Part shown: one piece after another, positions 25,487 through 47,828 of the stretch | Layout of the letters: each line of letters starts with the position of its first letter | How positions within the stretch are numbered: the first letter of the stretch is position 1 | Assembly: GCF_009914755.1 (NCBI RefSeq) | Contig: NC_060927.1 | Source of the DNA: the human T2T-CHM13v2.0 reference genome, Homo sapiens | DNA: 64,000 bases | Direction: 5' to 3' (one strand) | Program-made: the position numbers and the translations under genes | Notes under the pieces: generated by a model | Told to the model about the DNA's origin: nothing | Databases searched by the model: none | Seen by the model: the letters and a program-made list of their open reading frames with translations, nothing else

Positions 25487-26803
25487 TAATCACTGGATAC
25501 CCTTCAAAGCAGCAAAAAATACAGTCTACCCAGTGGAAGGTTTCAAGCAAAACAGAAAGAGCCTGCTTTCCTGCAGCCTGGGGTTCCAGCTACTCCGAAG
25601 GCTGCGGCTGAAGGATCACTGCAGCCCCGGGGTTTGCGTACAGCCTGGACAACATATTGAAATGCCATCTCTTTAAAACAAAACAAAACAGAACAAAGTA
25701 TGATAAATAGAAAACACAAAACAAGATGGCTCTAATCAATCCTAATACAATAGCAATTGTGTTACATGTAAATGTGTTGGAAAAAAACAAACAAAACAAA
25801 TACTTTACAATTAGAGAAAAAAGATATCATCCAGAAATATACTATATGGAGAGACAAATTTAAAACAAAAAGATACAGATAAATTGAAAAAGGGGGATAG
25901 AAAAAGAAATCCCAAGCAAATCTGAAACACAAAGTAAGTAGTATAGCAATTTTCTTCTTAGATCATAGTATTTAAGGCAAGATCATGATAAAGGGACAAA
26001 AAGGAATCTTATTATATAAAGTATAAATAAGAAATGACCAAGAAGATGCAGAAAAAAGCCTATAATACTCAAAGAAACAGGTGACCAATTAATGGGAGAC
26101 TGGAGTTTTTGATATGTTACCCTTAAGAAACTGCTGGATTACACAGACAAAATTAAGCAAAGATAAAGAAGATTTGACTATTAATAATCTTCACCTTAGC
26201 TATATAATAAATTTTACAACTACCAACAGAGAACACTTGCTCAATGACCACTAAGGGAACATTCAGAAACGATGCCACAGAGAACAACAAACTCCAGGGA
26301 ATGATTGGTATATAGATTCTGTTCTTGAGTCACAAGTCAATAATATTAAAATCAATTTTTAACATATCAAAAAATCCCATCTTTCTGAAACAAAAACAAA
26401 ACCCTTCTAAGTGGTTCTTCTATAAAAAGAAAATCATGAGGGAAATAATGAACATTTAGAGGTGACTGCCAATGAAAACACTACATATCAAAGCATATGT
26501 GATGCAGATAGACCAGTCCCAGAAAGTAATTTACAGCTTTGACAAGATCAGAAAAGAAAGACTGATAGCAAATGAGATAAACATCCAACTCAGAAAGTGA
26601 AAAGGATCAATGGAGTAAACTCAAAGAAAGAATTTGCGACGAAGGAGAAAATAATGGAAAAAGGAGGCAGAAATCAATAAAGTAGCCAGGCACAATGTCT
26701 CAGGCCTGTAATCCCAACACTTTGGGAGGCTGAGGTCGGAGAATTGCTTGAGCCCAGGAGTTCAAGACTATCCTGGCAACATAGTAAGACCCTGTCTCTA
26801 CTA

Positions 26804-27010
<207 letters not shown>

Positions 27011-27453
27011 TTAGCACCATCAGAATTTTGTTATTTGAAAAGCCTAATAAATTAAACAACATTCTAGTAAGATTAAAATAAAAGAAAAAAAGCAAATACA
27101 GAATGAAAAAGGGAAAGCAACTTAAAGAGATATTTTTAAATTACCTATGATAGATATTTTTAATTATAAAGGAATATTGGCTGGGCACTGTGGCTCATGC
27201 CTGTAATCCCAACACTTTGGGCAGCTGAGGCAGGATTGCTTGAGCCCAGGAGTTTGAGACCAGCCTAGGCAACATAGTGAGACCCTGTCTCTGAATCAAA
27301 TAAAATAAATTAGCTGAGGATAGTAGTGCATGCCTGTAGTCCTAGCTACTCAGGAGGCTGAGGCAAGAGGATCACTTGAGCCTAGGAGGTTGAGGTTATA
27401 GTAAGGTATGATTGTACCACTGCACTCCAGCCTGGGTAACAGAGCAAGACCCG

Positions 27454-27538
27454 GAAAAAAAAAAAAAGAAGAAAAGAAAAGAAAAAGAAAAGAGAGAGAG
27501 AAAGAAAGAAAAGAAAGAGAAAGAAAGAAAGACAGAAA

Positions 27539-27569
<31 letters not shown>
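27454..27569. repeat. (GAAA)n homopurine tract from an Alu tail
   Basis: Direct inspection. Confidence 0.95.
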
Positions 27570-27574
<5 letters not shown>

Positions 27575-27939
27575 TATTAAATGCTGACTTCTCCTTCTAG
27601 CCGTGGAATATAAAAAGACTGACCTTCCCACCTGAAACAACCAAAAATGGACAAACATCTGAAACAATAGTTTTTAAGATACTGGACACCCACCAAAAAA
27701 AATAGAATCCCTAATAGATGGGAAACAAATGGTGTAAGCCCTGTGACTGCCTCAGGTTTATGACTTGAGAGAATTTCCAGGCCACAGTACAGAGAAGGAG
27801 AACGTAGGCAGAATCCAGCAGGCTCCTGGATGTGAGCAGGTATTGCTGAGAGGCCAGGAACATGGAAGCGGCTGTGCTGATAAAATACTGCAGAGGAGAG
27901 TGGCACAAAGAAAGAACACAAAGATCTGCAGAGGCTCCC

Positions 27940-28358
27940 TGCTGTAGTTTGGATGTTTGTCCCCTCCACATCTCATGTTGAAATTTGATCCCCAGTGTTG
28001 GAAGTGGGGCCTAATGGTATGTGTCAGGGTCATAGGGGTGGATCTCTCATGAATAGATTAATACCCTTCCTGGAAGAGGAGGAGTGAGTGAGTTCTCACT
28101 ATATTAGTTGCCAAGAGAGCCGGTTGTTAAAAAGAGCCTGGCACATCCATGTCCCCTCTCTTGCTTCCTCTCTTGCCATATGATCTCTACATACTAGCTC
28201 CCTTTTGCCTTCTGCCATGAGAAAAAGAAGCATGAAGCTCTCATGAGAAGCAGATGCTGGCACCATGCTTCTTTACAGCCTAGAGAACCATGAGCCAAAT
28301 AAACCTCTTTTTCTTATAAATTATCCAGCCTCAGGTATTCCTTTATAGCAACACAAAT
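27940..28358 (+). mobile_element. MST-family MaLR solo LTR
   Basis: tgctgtagtttggatgtttgtcccctcc start; AATAAA and gtattcctttatagcaacaca end. Confidence 0.85.
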
Positions 28359-29066
28359 ACTCCCCCTTGAGTATTAAACTGAGTATTGGTCAGTGCATGT
28401 CTGTGAGGAAACGACCTGAAGCTAGAGAAATAACCACTGAAAAGAATTAGAAGTAACAATGCCTGGTGCTCACACAGGGCCAAGAATAGAGCCTGCTTCC
28501 ATTAGTTGGACAAAGAAACTCAAGATTCACAGAGCACTGGGTAGAGTATCCAGGAAGGTCTTGCCTCAGCAATGGGGAATAATTAGGCCTAGACTGAGAA
28601 TTGTCCTGCTTAAAAAATCTTAAAAGCAAGATCTGAAAAGATCAAACAGTTTCCAAGTAATTTAAATGCATCCCCAAACAAAGCTCAAGAATATTTATGA
28701 GAATATGAAAATATCAAACAGCCAACAAGGTAAAAGTCACTATGTCCAGTATCCAATCAAAGAATACCCAACATGCAAGAAGCATGAAAATACAACTGAT
28801 TATGAGGGGAATCATCAATTAATCTTATCCTCTCCAAACTGACACAGATGTTAAATGCACAGGCAAGGGCATTAAAACAGTCATTATAACTTTAAGTTAT
28901 ACATATACATATATATTCAAAAAGTTCAGGAGAGATATCTAAGATGAAAAATGACCCAAATCAAACTTCTAAAAATGAAAACTACCATGTATGTCAGAAA
29001 CACACTCACGGGATTAGTAACATATTAAACTTTGTGGAAGAAAAGATTAGTAAACTTGAAAACCTA

Positions 29067-29336
<270 letters not shown>

Positions 29337-29496
29337 TCAAAAAAGAAAAAAAAAATTCAAAATGAAACAGAGAGTGTTAAAAGAAAAAAAGAGAGAGAGA
29401 GAGAGAACATCAGTGAGCTGTGTCCTAATGTGTGAGTATTTGGACAAAAATATTTAAAGAAATAATGTTCAAACGTTTTTAATTTGATAAAAACTA

Positions 29497-29946
<450 letters not shown>

Positions 29947-30429
29947 TTAATCAACTTGCTTAAAACCAGTGATAAAGTAAGTACAGAAGAATAAAGATAA
30001 GGATGACAGTAGATTTCTCATCAGAAGCTGTACAAGCAGGAAGACAGATAAGCACCATTTTTTAAGTGCTAGAAGAAAAAAACTTCTAGAATTTTATTTC
30101 AAAAATGAAGGCAAAATACAGATTTTTTTCAGGCATGCATAAGATGAAAGACTATCACCAGCAGATCTGCACTATAAAAAAGTTAAAGTCATTCAGACAG
30201 AAGGAACACTAAACCAGACGTAAATCTGGATTTACATAAAGAAATGAAGAGTGCTGGGAAAGACAACTGCACGGGAAATATGTAAGATACTTTTCTTTTA
30301 TGTAAATATCTTTGAAAGATAATTGAATTGACTATTTAAACAAAAATAACAATGTACAGTGAGGTTTGTAACACGTATGCAAGAAGATGTATGACAGTAG
30401 CACAAAGATCGGGAGAGAGAGAAATATAA

Positions 30430-30742
<313 letters not shown>

Positions 30743-33180
30743 TGATCCACTGCTTCGGCCTCCCAAAGTGCTGGGATTACAGGCGTGAGCCACTGCGCCT
30801 GGGAAATATGTTGTTTTCAACCTGAGAAAGCTAATTGAAAAAAAAGAAAAAGAAAAAGAAAGAAAAAAGAAATATGTCATAAGTTTTTTATCCTAAACGT
30901 GAAGTGGTATAGTATCACATTCAGCTGCAAGAGCTACAAAGTTCTCCAGGATAACAGCACAAAGAGAAGACCAAAAGCCAAGTGGAGGAGGCAAAAACAA
31001 GGTATTACTGACAGACTTTTAAATCTCTGGTGCCCATAGCCACAAAAAAATTCAACTCTGGTAGCTACAACAACAAATTAAAGCACAGCCCACTCCCGAT
31101 TAGAGTATCACAAATCTCCGTAATAACCACCAAGCAGAAGGAAGCCTGTGTTTTTCTCCAAGCATAGAAAATATTTATATTAGTTATCTCCTGATACAGT
31201 AACAGAAATGGAGAATGTCTAACTTTCAACAAAAATTACAAGGCAAATCACAAGGCAAAAAAAAAAAACACAGTCTAAGAAAAAGCAATAATCAGTACTA
31301 GACTCAGATATGACATAGATGTTGGAACTGTATGTATATTTAGGAAAGACCTGAGAAGACCCTAATCTCTCACCTCCAGCTAGCCTTCTGACATGTCTAT
31401 GCATGTCAGAAATGAAAACTAAGAATGCTAGGGCAAACTGAAGTGTTGTAGACATGCCCCAACAAACAGAGCTCCTTAGCACAGGCTGGAAAATTTGTTG
31501 ATTTAAGGCACTTAAGAAAATCTCTAATTATTAGCTGAGCACTAAAGCTAACAAGCAGAGATTTCATGGCCATATATGACAAAGAAGAGGCTTACAGAGT
31601 TAGTTTAGAAAAGTCACTAACCAAACAAACAGCAGCAGCAACAACAAATAGCAACAATAACAAAACAAAACAATAACAAAACCTGAGGAAGGTGAGAATG
31701 TGATTCCCATACTTACAACATATAGTATTTAAACTGTTTCTGTTAAAAAAATTATGTAACATGCAAAGAAACAAAAAAATATGGCCTGTACCAAGGGTGG
31801 GAAAACAGGGAAAAAAAGTCAAAAGAAACTGCCACTAGGAAGCCCAGAAGTTGAACTTACTAGACAAACAATTTAAGTAAGCTATTTTAAATGTGTTTGA
31901 GGAACTAAAGTATGCTGTCTACAGAAGTAAGGAAAGTATGAAAATGCCATCTCGCAAAATAAAAATATTACCAAAGAGAAATGATTTTTTTAAATAGAAA
32001 ATCTAGAGTTGGAAATTACAAACACTGAAATGAAAATTCACAGGAGGAGCTCAGAAGTAAACATGAGCTGGCAGAAGAATCAGTGAACTTAAAGATAGGT
32101 CACTTGAGATTATCTACTCTGGAAGACAGAAAAGTAAAATAATGATGAAAAATAAACAGGGCCTCAAAAACCTGTGGGACTCCATTAAGTATGTCAACAT
32201 ACATATAATGGAAGTTCTGTGCAAAGAGGAGAGAAAGGGGGAAGAAAAGATATCTAAAGAAATAATTGCCTACCATGTCTCAAATTTGATGAAAAACATG
32301 AATCTACACATCAATGAATTCCAAATAAAATAAACTTGAAAATATGCACATTTCAAAATTTTATAAGCAAAGAGTTGCAAGACAATGACAAAGAGAGACT
32401 CTTCAAAGCAGCAACAAGGAAGCAATGCATTACATACACGGAATCCCCAATAAGATTATGAGCTGACTTCTCATCAGAAAGTATGGAGTCTGAAGGCAGT
32501 TGGGTGACACATTTAAAGTGCTGAAAGAAAAAGACTGTCAACCAAGAATTCTATATGCAACTCAAGTATCCTTTAAAAATAAAAAATATAGGGAGTTATG
32601 TCAGGGAAGATGGCAGAGTAGGAAATTCCAGGAATATAACTCCTTACCTAGATGACAATTGTATTGGCAGGAACTGTTTGAAGTAACTAGAGTCTGGAGT
32701 CTATTTGAACCCTTACAGCTTCAAGGAGAAAACTTGGCTAGTAGATTAGTTAGTTTCTACCAATTTAAGCTTTAAACACCCCTTACTCCTAGCCTCATGG
32801 CAGCCAACTATGCCCATGTTCCTGGTGCAGCTTACTGGAGCCAGAATGGGCAATCACAACCTTCTCCTCCAAGTAACAGGAATCAGTGTTCTGTAACTTA
32901 TTGCTGCTTTTGATCACTGAGGTGTAGGCACACAGGCTAGCCACCATTGATTCAACTGCCACAGGCTGACACAGCTTTCAGGGGATTTAAAGGAACCACA
33001 CCTGCTTATTTGTTTGTATTTCTTTTTTCCCTTTTTTCCCACTGGGGAGCCAGAAGTTTAAGGATTCAGACATTTCAAAGCAACTGTGAGCTGGGCATGG
33101 TGGCTCACACCTATAATCCCAGCCCTTTGGGAGGTCAAGGCAGGAGGATCACTTGAGCCCAGGAGTTTGAGAGCAGCCTA

Positions 33181-33620
<440 letters not shown>

Positions 33621-34975
33621 TCAGGAGGCTGAGGCAGGAGAATCACTTGAACCCGGGAGGTGGAGTGAGCCAAGATCATGCCATTGCACTCCAGCCTGGG
33701 TGACAAGAGTGAAACTCCATCTCAAAAAATAATAATAATAATAATAACATATAGACCAGTATTTCTTAAGAATGAATTTAGATGTAGACATTCTCAATAA
33801 AATAATAGCAAACTGAATGCAACAATAAATATAAAAGGTTATACACTATCAACACCATGACCAGTGGACTTTATCCTAGGAATGCAACTTTAGTATAACA
33901 TCCAAGAATCAATCAATATAATATACCACATTAATAGGATTTTAAAAGACATAATTATCTCAATAGATGAAGAAAAAGCATGTGAAAAGATCTAATGCCC
34001 TTTCATGATAAAACATTCAACAAAATAGGAATAGAAGGAAATTTCCTGAACTTTATAAAAAGGCATCTATGAAATCCCCACAGGTAAAATCATACTTAAT
34101 AATGAAAGAATGGATGCTTTCACCCTAAGATCAGGAAAAAGTCAAGGATGTCTGCTTTCAGCACTTCGATTCAACGTTGTACTGGCAGGCCTAGCAAGGT
34201 CAATAGACAAGAAAAATAAATGAAAATCATCTAGATTAAAAAGGAAGAAATAAAACTCTCTCTATTCAAAGATGAAGCTTGTATGTAGAAAATTCTACAG
34301 AATTTTAGAGAAATTTTTACAGAATTCTACAGAAAATTCTGCATGGATAACAAAGTGTCAGGCTAACATGACACAAGCAAAGGAAACTAATAAAGCTCCA
34401 GTAGCTGAGCCCACAAAAATGGAGCTCTACGAATTGCCTGACAAATAATTTAAAACAACCATCTTAAAGATGCTCAATGAGATGCAAGAGAACACAGATA
34501 GACAACTAAACAAAATCATGCATGAACAAAATTAGACATTTAATAAAGAAATTAAAACAATAAAAAGTCCTGGAACTGAAGAACACAATGACAGAGCTGA
34601 AAAGTCAATAAAATTTTTTTTTTTTTTTGGACAGAGTCTCGCTCTTTCACCCAGGCCGGAATGCATGGCACTATCTCGGCTCACTGCAAGCTCCGCCTCC
34701 CAGGTTCACACCATTCTCCTGCCTCAGCCTCGTGAGTAGCTGGGACTACCAGTGCCCACCACCACGCCAGGCTAATTTTTGTATTTTTAGTAGAGATGGG
34801 GCTTCACCGTGTTAGCCAGGATGGTCTTGATCTCCTGACCTCGTGATCTGCCCGCCTCAGCCTCCCAAAGTGCTGGGATTACAGGCATGAGCCACTGCAT
34901 CCAGCCTAATAAAAAATTTTAACAGCAGAAGAGATCATATAGAAGAAAAATATCCGTGAACTCAGTGATAGGTCA

Positions 34976-35203
<228 letters not shown>

Positions 35204-35512
35204 TCAGAAGGCTGAGGTAGGAGAATCACTTGAACCCAGGAGGTGGAGGTTGCAGTGAGCCAAGATTGCACCACTGCACTGCAGCCTGGGTGACAGAGTA
35301 AGACTCCATCTTAAAAAAATTAAAAAATAAAAAATAAGAGATCTATGGGGTACCATCAAGGTAATGTATTTATGAATTATGGGAGTTCCAAAAGAAGAAG
35401 AAAAAGAGAAAGAGGCAGAATGTTTAATTAAATGTAGTTTAATTAATGATTCCTGATGCCTAAAGGATCCCAAGCAAGAGCAACCAAAAGAAGAATATCC
35501 TGAGACACACTA

Positions 35513-35829
35513 CAGTGGTCCTTCTGTCTCCATGGAAGATTGGTTCCAGACCATCCACAGATACCAGAATCCATGAATGCTCAAATACCTTAAATAAAAT
35601 GCATAGTATTCACATGTAACCTATGCACAACTTTCCGTATACTTTAAATTATCTCAGGATTACTTATGATACCTAATACAATGTAAATGCTATGTAAATG
35701 GTTGTTATATTGTATTTTTGTATTAGCTTTTATTGTTGCATTATTATTTTATTTATTTTTTAATATTTTCAATCTGTGGTTGGTTGAATCCATGGATGCA
35801 GAAATCACAAATTTGAAGGCTTGATTGTA
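35513..35829. mobile_element. MER2 (Tigger2 family) DNA transposon
   Basis: tacagtggtccttc..gattggttccag..aaaatgcatagtattcacat..ttgaatccatggatgcag..tgta. Confidence 0.75.
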
Positions 35830-35896
35830 TAGTCAAATTATCAAACGCCTAAGACAAAAAATCATGAAAGCATAAGAGAAAAGAGATTAATCACAA

Positions 35897-36252
35897 AGTC
35901 TTTTAGTCCATTTGTGTGCTATAACAGAATACCACAGACTGGGTAATTTATAAAGAAAAGAAATTTATTTCCACCACAGTTCTAGAGGCTGGGAGTTTCA
36001 ACATCAAGGTGCTTTGGCAGCTGGGCAGGTTGTTCTGCTACATCCTAACATGGCAGAAGGCATCATATGGCAAGAGAGCAAAAGAGATCAAACTAGAAGC
36101 CTCTAACCCTTTCATAATCAGCATTAATCCATTCATGAAAGTGGAGTCCTCATAGCCTAATGACCTCTCAAAGGTCACACTTCTTAACACTGTTGCACTG
36201 GGGATTAAGTTACTAACACATGCTTTTGTGGGGACACATTCAAACCACAGCA
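35897..36252 (-). mobile_element. MLT1A/MST-type MaLR LTR
   Basis: ttagtccatttg..ctataacagaataccacagactgggtaattta..gggacacattcaaaccacagca. Confidence 0.8.
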
Positions 36253-36883
36253 TGAGAGAACCCTCATAAGGATATCAGTAGACTTTTCAGTAAAAAGCTA
36301 TAGGCTAGGGGAGGGTGGGTGAAAGATTTAAAGTGCTAAAAGAAAAAAAAAGCTGCCAACCAAGAATACTATTGCCAGCAAAGCTGTAATTCAGAAATGA
36401 AGGAGAAATAAAGACATTCACAGACAAACAAAAGCTGAGGGAGTTCATCACCGCAAATCTGCCTTACAAGGCTGGGCCCAGTGACTCACACCTGTAATCA
36501 CAGCACTTTGGGAGGCTGAGGCAGGAGGATTGCTTGAGCCCAGGAGTTCAAGACCAGGCTAGCAACATAGGGAGACTCCACCTCTACACAAAAAATTAAA
36601 AATTAATCAGGTGTGGTGGTACACATCTGTGATCCCAGCTACTCAGGAGGCTGAGATGGAAAGATTGCTTGAGCTGGAAGGTCAAGGCTGCAATGAGCTA
36701 TGATTATACCACTGCACTTCAGTGTGGGTGACAAAGCAAGACGCTGTCTTTAAAAAATAAACAACAACAAAAAAATAGAATGAAAAGAAAAAAGAAAAAG
36801 GAGGCCAAGCACGGTGGTTCACGCCTGTAATCCCAGCACTTTGGGAGGCTGAGGCGGTTGGATTACCTGAGGTCAGGAGTTCA

Positions 36884-37057
<174 letters not shown>

Positions 37058-38403
37058 CTAGCCGACAGAGTGAGACTCTGTCTCAAAAAAAAAAAAAAAA
37101 AGAAAGAAAGAAAGAAAGAAAGAAAGAAAAGAAAAAAGAAAAAGGATAAGAAGTTCTTCAAGTTGAAATAGAAGGATGTTAAGTAACAATGTGAGAACAT
37201 GAAAATATAAAACTCACTGGTAAAGGTAAGTATAACATCAAATCTATATATTATAATGATGGTGTATAAATCACTTTGAAATCTAGAATATAAAGTAAAA
37301 GACAAAAAGATTAAAAATAACTGTAGTTACAATAATTTGTTAATGGATACATAACATTAAAAGATGTAAAGTGTGACATAGCATAAAATGTGGAGATGGG
37401 GGAGAAGCAAAAGTGTATAGTTTTGTATAAAATTGAAATTAAATTGTTATTAGGTTAAGATAGAATGTTATAACTTTAAAATATTTTATATAAACCTCAT
37501 AGTAACCACAAAGAAAAACCTCTACTAGACCTGCAAAAAATAAATAGAAAGGAAATGAAAGCATACCATTACAAAAAAATCAACAAATCACAAAGGAAGA
37601 CAGCAAGACAGGAAAAAAGGAACTAAAAAATAGAAAACAATTAACAAAATGGCAATAATAAGTCCTTACCTATCAACAATTACCCTAAATGTAAATGAAT
37701 TAAATTCTCCAATCAACAAATAGAATGGCTGAACAAATTTAAAAACAAGATCCAACAATATGCTACCTACAAGATACTCATTTCAGTCTTAAGGACACAC
37801 ATAAGCTGAAAAGTGAAGAAATGGAAAAAGATATTCCATGCAAATGGTAACCAAAAGAGAGTACAAGTAGCTATACTTACATCAGACAAAATAGAATTGC
37901 ATTCAAAAACTGCCTCAAGAGACAAAGGTCACTACATAATGATAAAGGGACCAATTCATTAAGAGAGTATAACAATTGAAAAATATATACATTATGTATA
38001 TTTTATTTCTATCTATGTATGTATGTGCCCCAGTATTTAGAGCACTTAATTGTATAAAGCAATATTAACAAAATAGAGGGGAAAATAGACAGCAACACAA
38101 TAATAGTAGGGAACTTCAATACCCCACTGCCAATAGTAGATAGATTATACACACAGAAAAACAATAAAGCAACTGTGGTCTTGAATAATACTACAAACCA
38201 AACAGACCAAATAGATCCAACAGACAAATACAGAATATTCCATTCAACAGCAGCAGAATACACATTATTCTCAAGCACACACAGAACATTACCCAAGATA
38301 GATTATATATTGGATCACAAAACAGTTCTTAACAAATTTCAGAAGAAGATTTTAATTATATCAAATGTATTTTCTGACCACAAAGATATGAAACTAAATG
38401 TCA

Positions 38404-38752
<349 letters not shown>

Positions 38753-39835
38753 CTACATAGCCAATAGGTCAAGAATAAATCAAAACAGAAATCAATAAGT
38801 GAGACAAATGAAAATTGAAACACAACATACAAATGTGTGGAATGCAGCAAAAGCAGTTCTAAGAGGGAAGTTTGTAGCAATAAATGTCTACATTAGGGAA
38901 AAAAAACTCAAATAAACAACCTAACTTTACACTTTAAAAAACTAGAAAAAGAACAAACTATGCCCCAAATCAGCACAAAGAAGGAAATAAGATTAGAGAG
39001 CAGAAATAAATGAAACAGAGACTAGAAAGATAATAGAAAAGATCAACAAAACTAAGAGGTGATTTTTTGTAAAGATAAACAAAATTGACAAACCTTTAGC
39101 TATTAGTAGAATAACCAAGAAAAAACTGAGAGGACTCAAATACATAAAATTATAAATAAAAGAAGAGACACTACAACTGATACCACAGAAATACTGAGGA
39201 CTGTAAGAGACTATGAACAATTATATGCCAATGAATTGGATAACCTAGAAAAAATGGATAAATTCCTAGAAACATACAACTAAACAAGACTGAATCATGA
39301 AGAAATAGAAAATCTGAACAGACTGAGTACAGAGATTGAATCCATCAGCAAAAGTCCCAATAAAGAAACAGCCTAGTGCCAGACGGCTTCACATGTGAAT
39401 TCTGCCAAGCATTTAAAGAAGAATTAATGCCAATTTTTCTAAAACTCTCCCAAAAAAATTGAAGAGGAGGGAATATTCCCAAAACTCATTTTATGAGGCC
39501 AGAATTACCTCATACCAAAACCAGATAAAGACACTATAGGAAAAAAATTACAGGTCAATATCTTTGCTGAACATAGCTTCAAAAACCCTCAGCAAAATAC
39601 CAGCAAGCCAAATTCAAGAGCACATTAAAAAGAATCATATACCATGATCAAGTAAGATTTAGTCCTGGAATGCAAGGATGGTCCAACATATGCAAATTAA
39701 TAAATGTGATACACCATATTAACAGAATTAAGGATGAAAATCATATGATCATTTCAATAGATGCAGAAAAAGCATTTGACAAAATTGAAAATCTTTTCAT
39801 TATTTTTAAAAAACATCCTCCCAACAAATTAGGGG

Positions 39836-44420
<4,585 letters not shown>

Positions 44421-44893
44421 AAACAAATTAGGCATAGAAGGAATGTACCGCAACATAATAGAGTCCATATATGACAAGTTAACATCATACTCAATGTGAA
44501 AAGCTGTCTTATTCCTCTAGGATCAGGAATAAGACAAGATTGCCCACTCTTGCCACTTCTATTTAACATAGTACTGGAAGTCTTAGCTGGAGCAATTAGG
44601 CAAGACAAAGGAATAGAAGGCATCCAAATTGGAAAGGGGGTAATTAATTTTCTATGTTGGAAAAGAAATAATCTTACATATAGAAAACCCTAACGATGCC
44701 ACAAGAAAATGATTAGAACCAGTAAAGGAATTCAGTAAAGTTGAAGGATATAAAATCAACATGCAAAAATCAGTTATTTTTCTACACTCTAACAACAAGC
44801 TATCCAAAAAAGAAATTAAGAAAACAATCCAGCCAGGCGTGGTGGCTCACGCCTGTAATCCCAGCACTTTGGGAGGCTGAGGCGGGTGGATCA

Positions 44894-45214
<321 letters not shown>

Positions 45215-47043
45215 TTATAGATAAAAGAAAACATTGATAAAAGAAATTGGAAAAGACATAAATAAATTGAAAGATATTCTGTGTTCATGGATTGGAAAAA
45301 ATAGTATTGTTGAAATGTCCGTACTACCCAAAGTGATCTACAGATTCAGTGCAATCCCTATCAAAATTCCAATGTCATTTTTTTCAAAGCAATAGAAAAA
45401 GCAATCTGAAAAGTCATGTGAACCACAAAAGACATTGAATAACCAAAGCAATCACGAGAAAGAAAAAACAAAGCTGGAGGCATCACACATCCTTATTTCA
45501 GACTATATTACAAAGCTATAGTAATCAAAACAGTTTGGTACTGGCATAAAAACAAACACATAGACAAATGGAAAAGAACAGAGAGCCAAGATATAAACCC
45601 ACTCATATAGAGTCAACTAATCTTTGACGAGGATGCCAAGAACACTCAATGGGAAAAGGATAATGTCTTTGATAAATTGTGTTGGGAAAACTGGGTGTTG
45701 ACATGCAAAAGAATAAAATTAGACCTTTATCTTAAATCATATACAAAAATCAACTAGAAATTGATTAAAGACTTAAATGTAAGACCTGAAACCATAAACT
45801 CCTAAGAAAAAAAATTAGGGAAAAAGCTCCTTGACACTGGTCTTGGCAATGATTTTTTGCATATGACAACAAAAGCACAGGCAACAAAAGCAAAAATAAA
45901 CAAGTAGGACTACATCAAACTAAAAAGCTTTTGCACAGCAAAGGAAATAATCACTATATGAAAAGGCAACCTGTGGAATGGGAGAAAATACGTGCAAACC
46001 ATATATCTGATAAGGGGTTAATATCCAAAATATATAAGGAACTCATAAAACTCCACAGTTTAAAAAATAACCCAATTTTAAAAATCAGCAAAACCAGGTG
46101 CAGTGGCTCATGCCTGTAATCCCAGTACTTTGGGAGGCCAAGGCAGGGGGATCGCTTGAGGATAGGAGTTTGAGACAAGCCTGGGCAACATAGGAAGACC
46201 CTATCTCTATTTTAATAATAATAATAATAATACAATTAAAAATAGTCAAACTCATAGAGGCAGAAAGTACAATGGCAATTGCCAGGGGCCGAGGGTGGGG
46301 GAAATGTTAGTTAAAAGACCTGAGCAGATATGTTTCCACGTGGCCAATAAGGAAATGAAAAGGTGTTAAGCATCACTGCTCATCAGGAAGTTGCAAGTCA
46401 AAACCACAATGAGCTATTACTCCATACCCGTTAGGCTGGCTATTATCAAAAGAATAAGAGATAACAGGTGTTGGCAAGGGAGCTGAGGAAAAGACACCCT
46501 AGGACACTGTTGGTGGGAATGTAAACTGGTACAGCCATATGAAAGAGTATGGAGGCTCCTCAAAAAATTAAAGCTAGAACTACCATGTGATTTAGCAATC
46601 CTAATTCTAAATATACATCAGAAAGAAATGAAATCAGTACCTTGAAGAGATATTTGCAGTCCCATGTTCATTGCAGCATTATTTACAACAGTCAAGATAT
46701 GAAAACAACCTAAGTGTACATCAATGGATGAATGGATAAAGAAAATGTATCATTCACACACCCACACAAACATACACACATATACACATTTTACATATTA
46801 CATATATTATATTTATACGTTATATGTGTATATTTGTGTATATTTTATAGGCCCATATATACATTGAAATACACACAGACTCATATGCAATGGAGTATTA
46901 TTCAGTCATAAAAAAGAAGGAAATACATGGCCAAGCATGGTGGCTCACACTGTAATCCCAGCACTTTGGGAAGATTGCTTGAGTCCAGGAGTTCAAGCCC
47001 AGCCTGGGCAACATGGTGAAACCCTGTCTCTATAAAAAATTTA

Positions 47044-47184
<141 letters not shown>

Positions 47185-47828
47185 CTATCCTATCAAAAAA
47201 ATAAATAAATAAGGAAATCCTGTCCTTTGTGACAACATGGATAAACCTGGAAGACATTATGCTATGAAATAAGCCAGGCACAGAAAGACAAATATTGTAT
47301 AATCTCACTCATATGTGGAATCTGAAAAAGTCAAACTCATAGAGGCAGAAAGTACAATGGTAATTGCCAGGGGCTGAGGGTGCCCCAGATAAATGAGAAG
47401 ACGTTGGTTAAAATTTCAGTTATAAGGTTTATAAGCTCTGTAGATCTAATGTACAGCATGGTGACTATAGTTAATAATACTCTATTGTTTACTTAAAATT
47501 TACTAAGAAAGAGTTGTCACTACACACATACCCAAAATGGTAATTATGTGTATAGATGTGTTAATTAATTTGATTGTGGCATTCATTTTATAATTTATAT
47601 GTACATCAAATCATTATGTTGTACACCTTGGATATATACAATTTTTTTTGTCAGTTATCTCTCAATAAAGCTGACAGCAAAAAAAAAGAAAAGAAAAAGA
47701 AACACAAGGGACTCAGAACAACCAAAACAATTTTGAAAAAGAATAACAAAATTGGAGGCCTCACTGTTTTTGAGACTTCATATCCAGAATACATAATACA
47801 TAATAAATATTAGAAGTCAAAAATAAGT

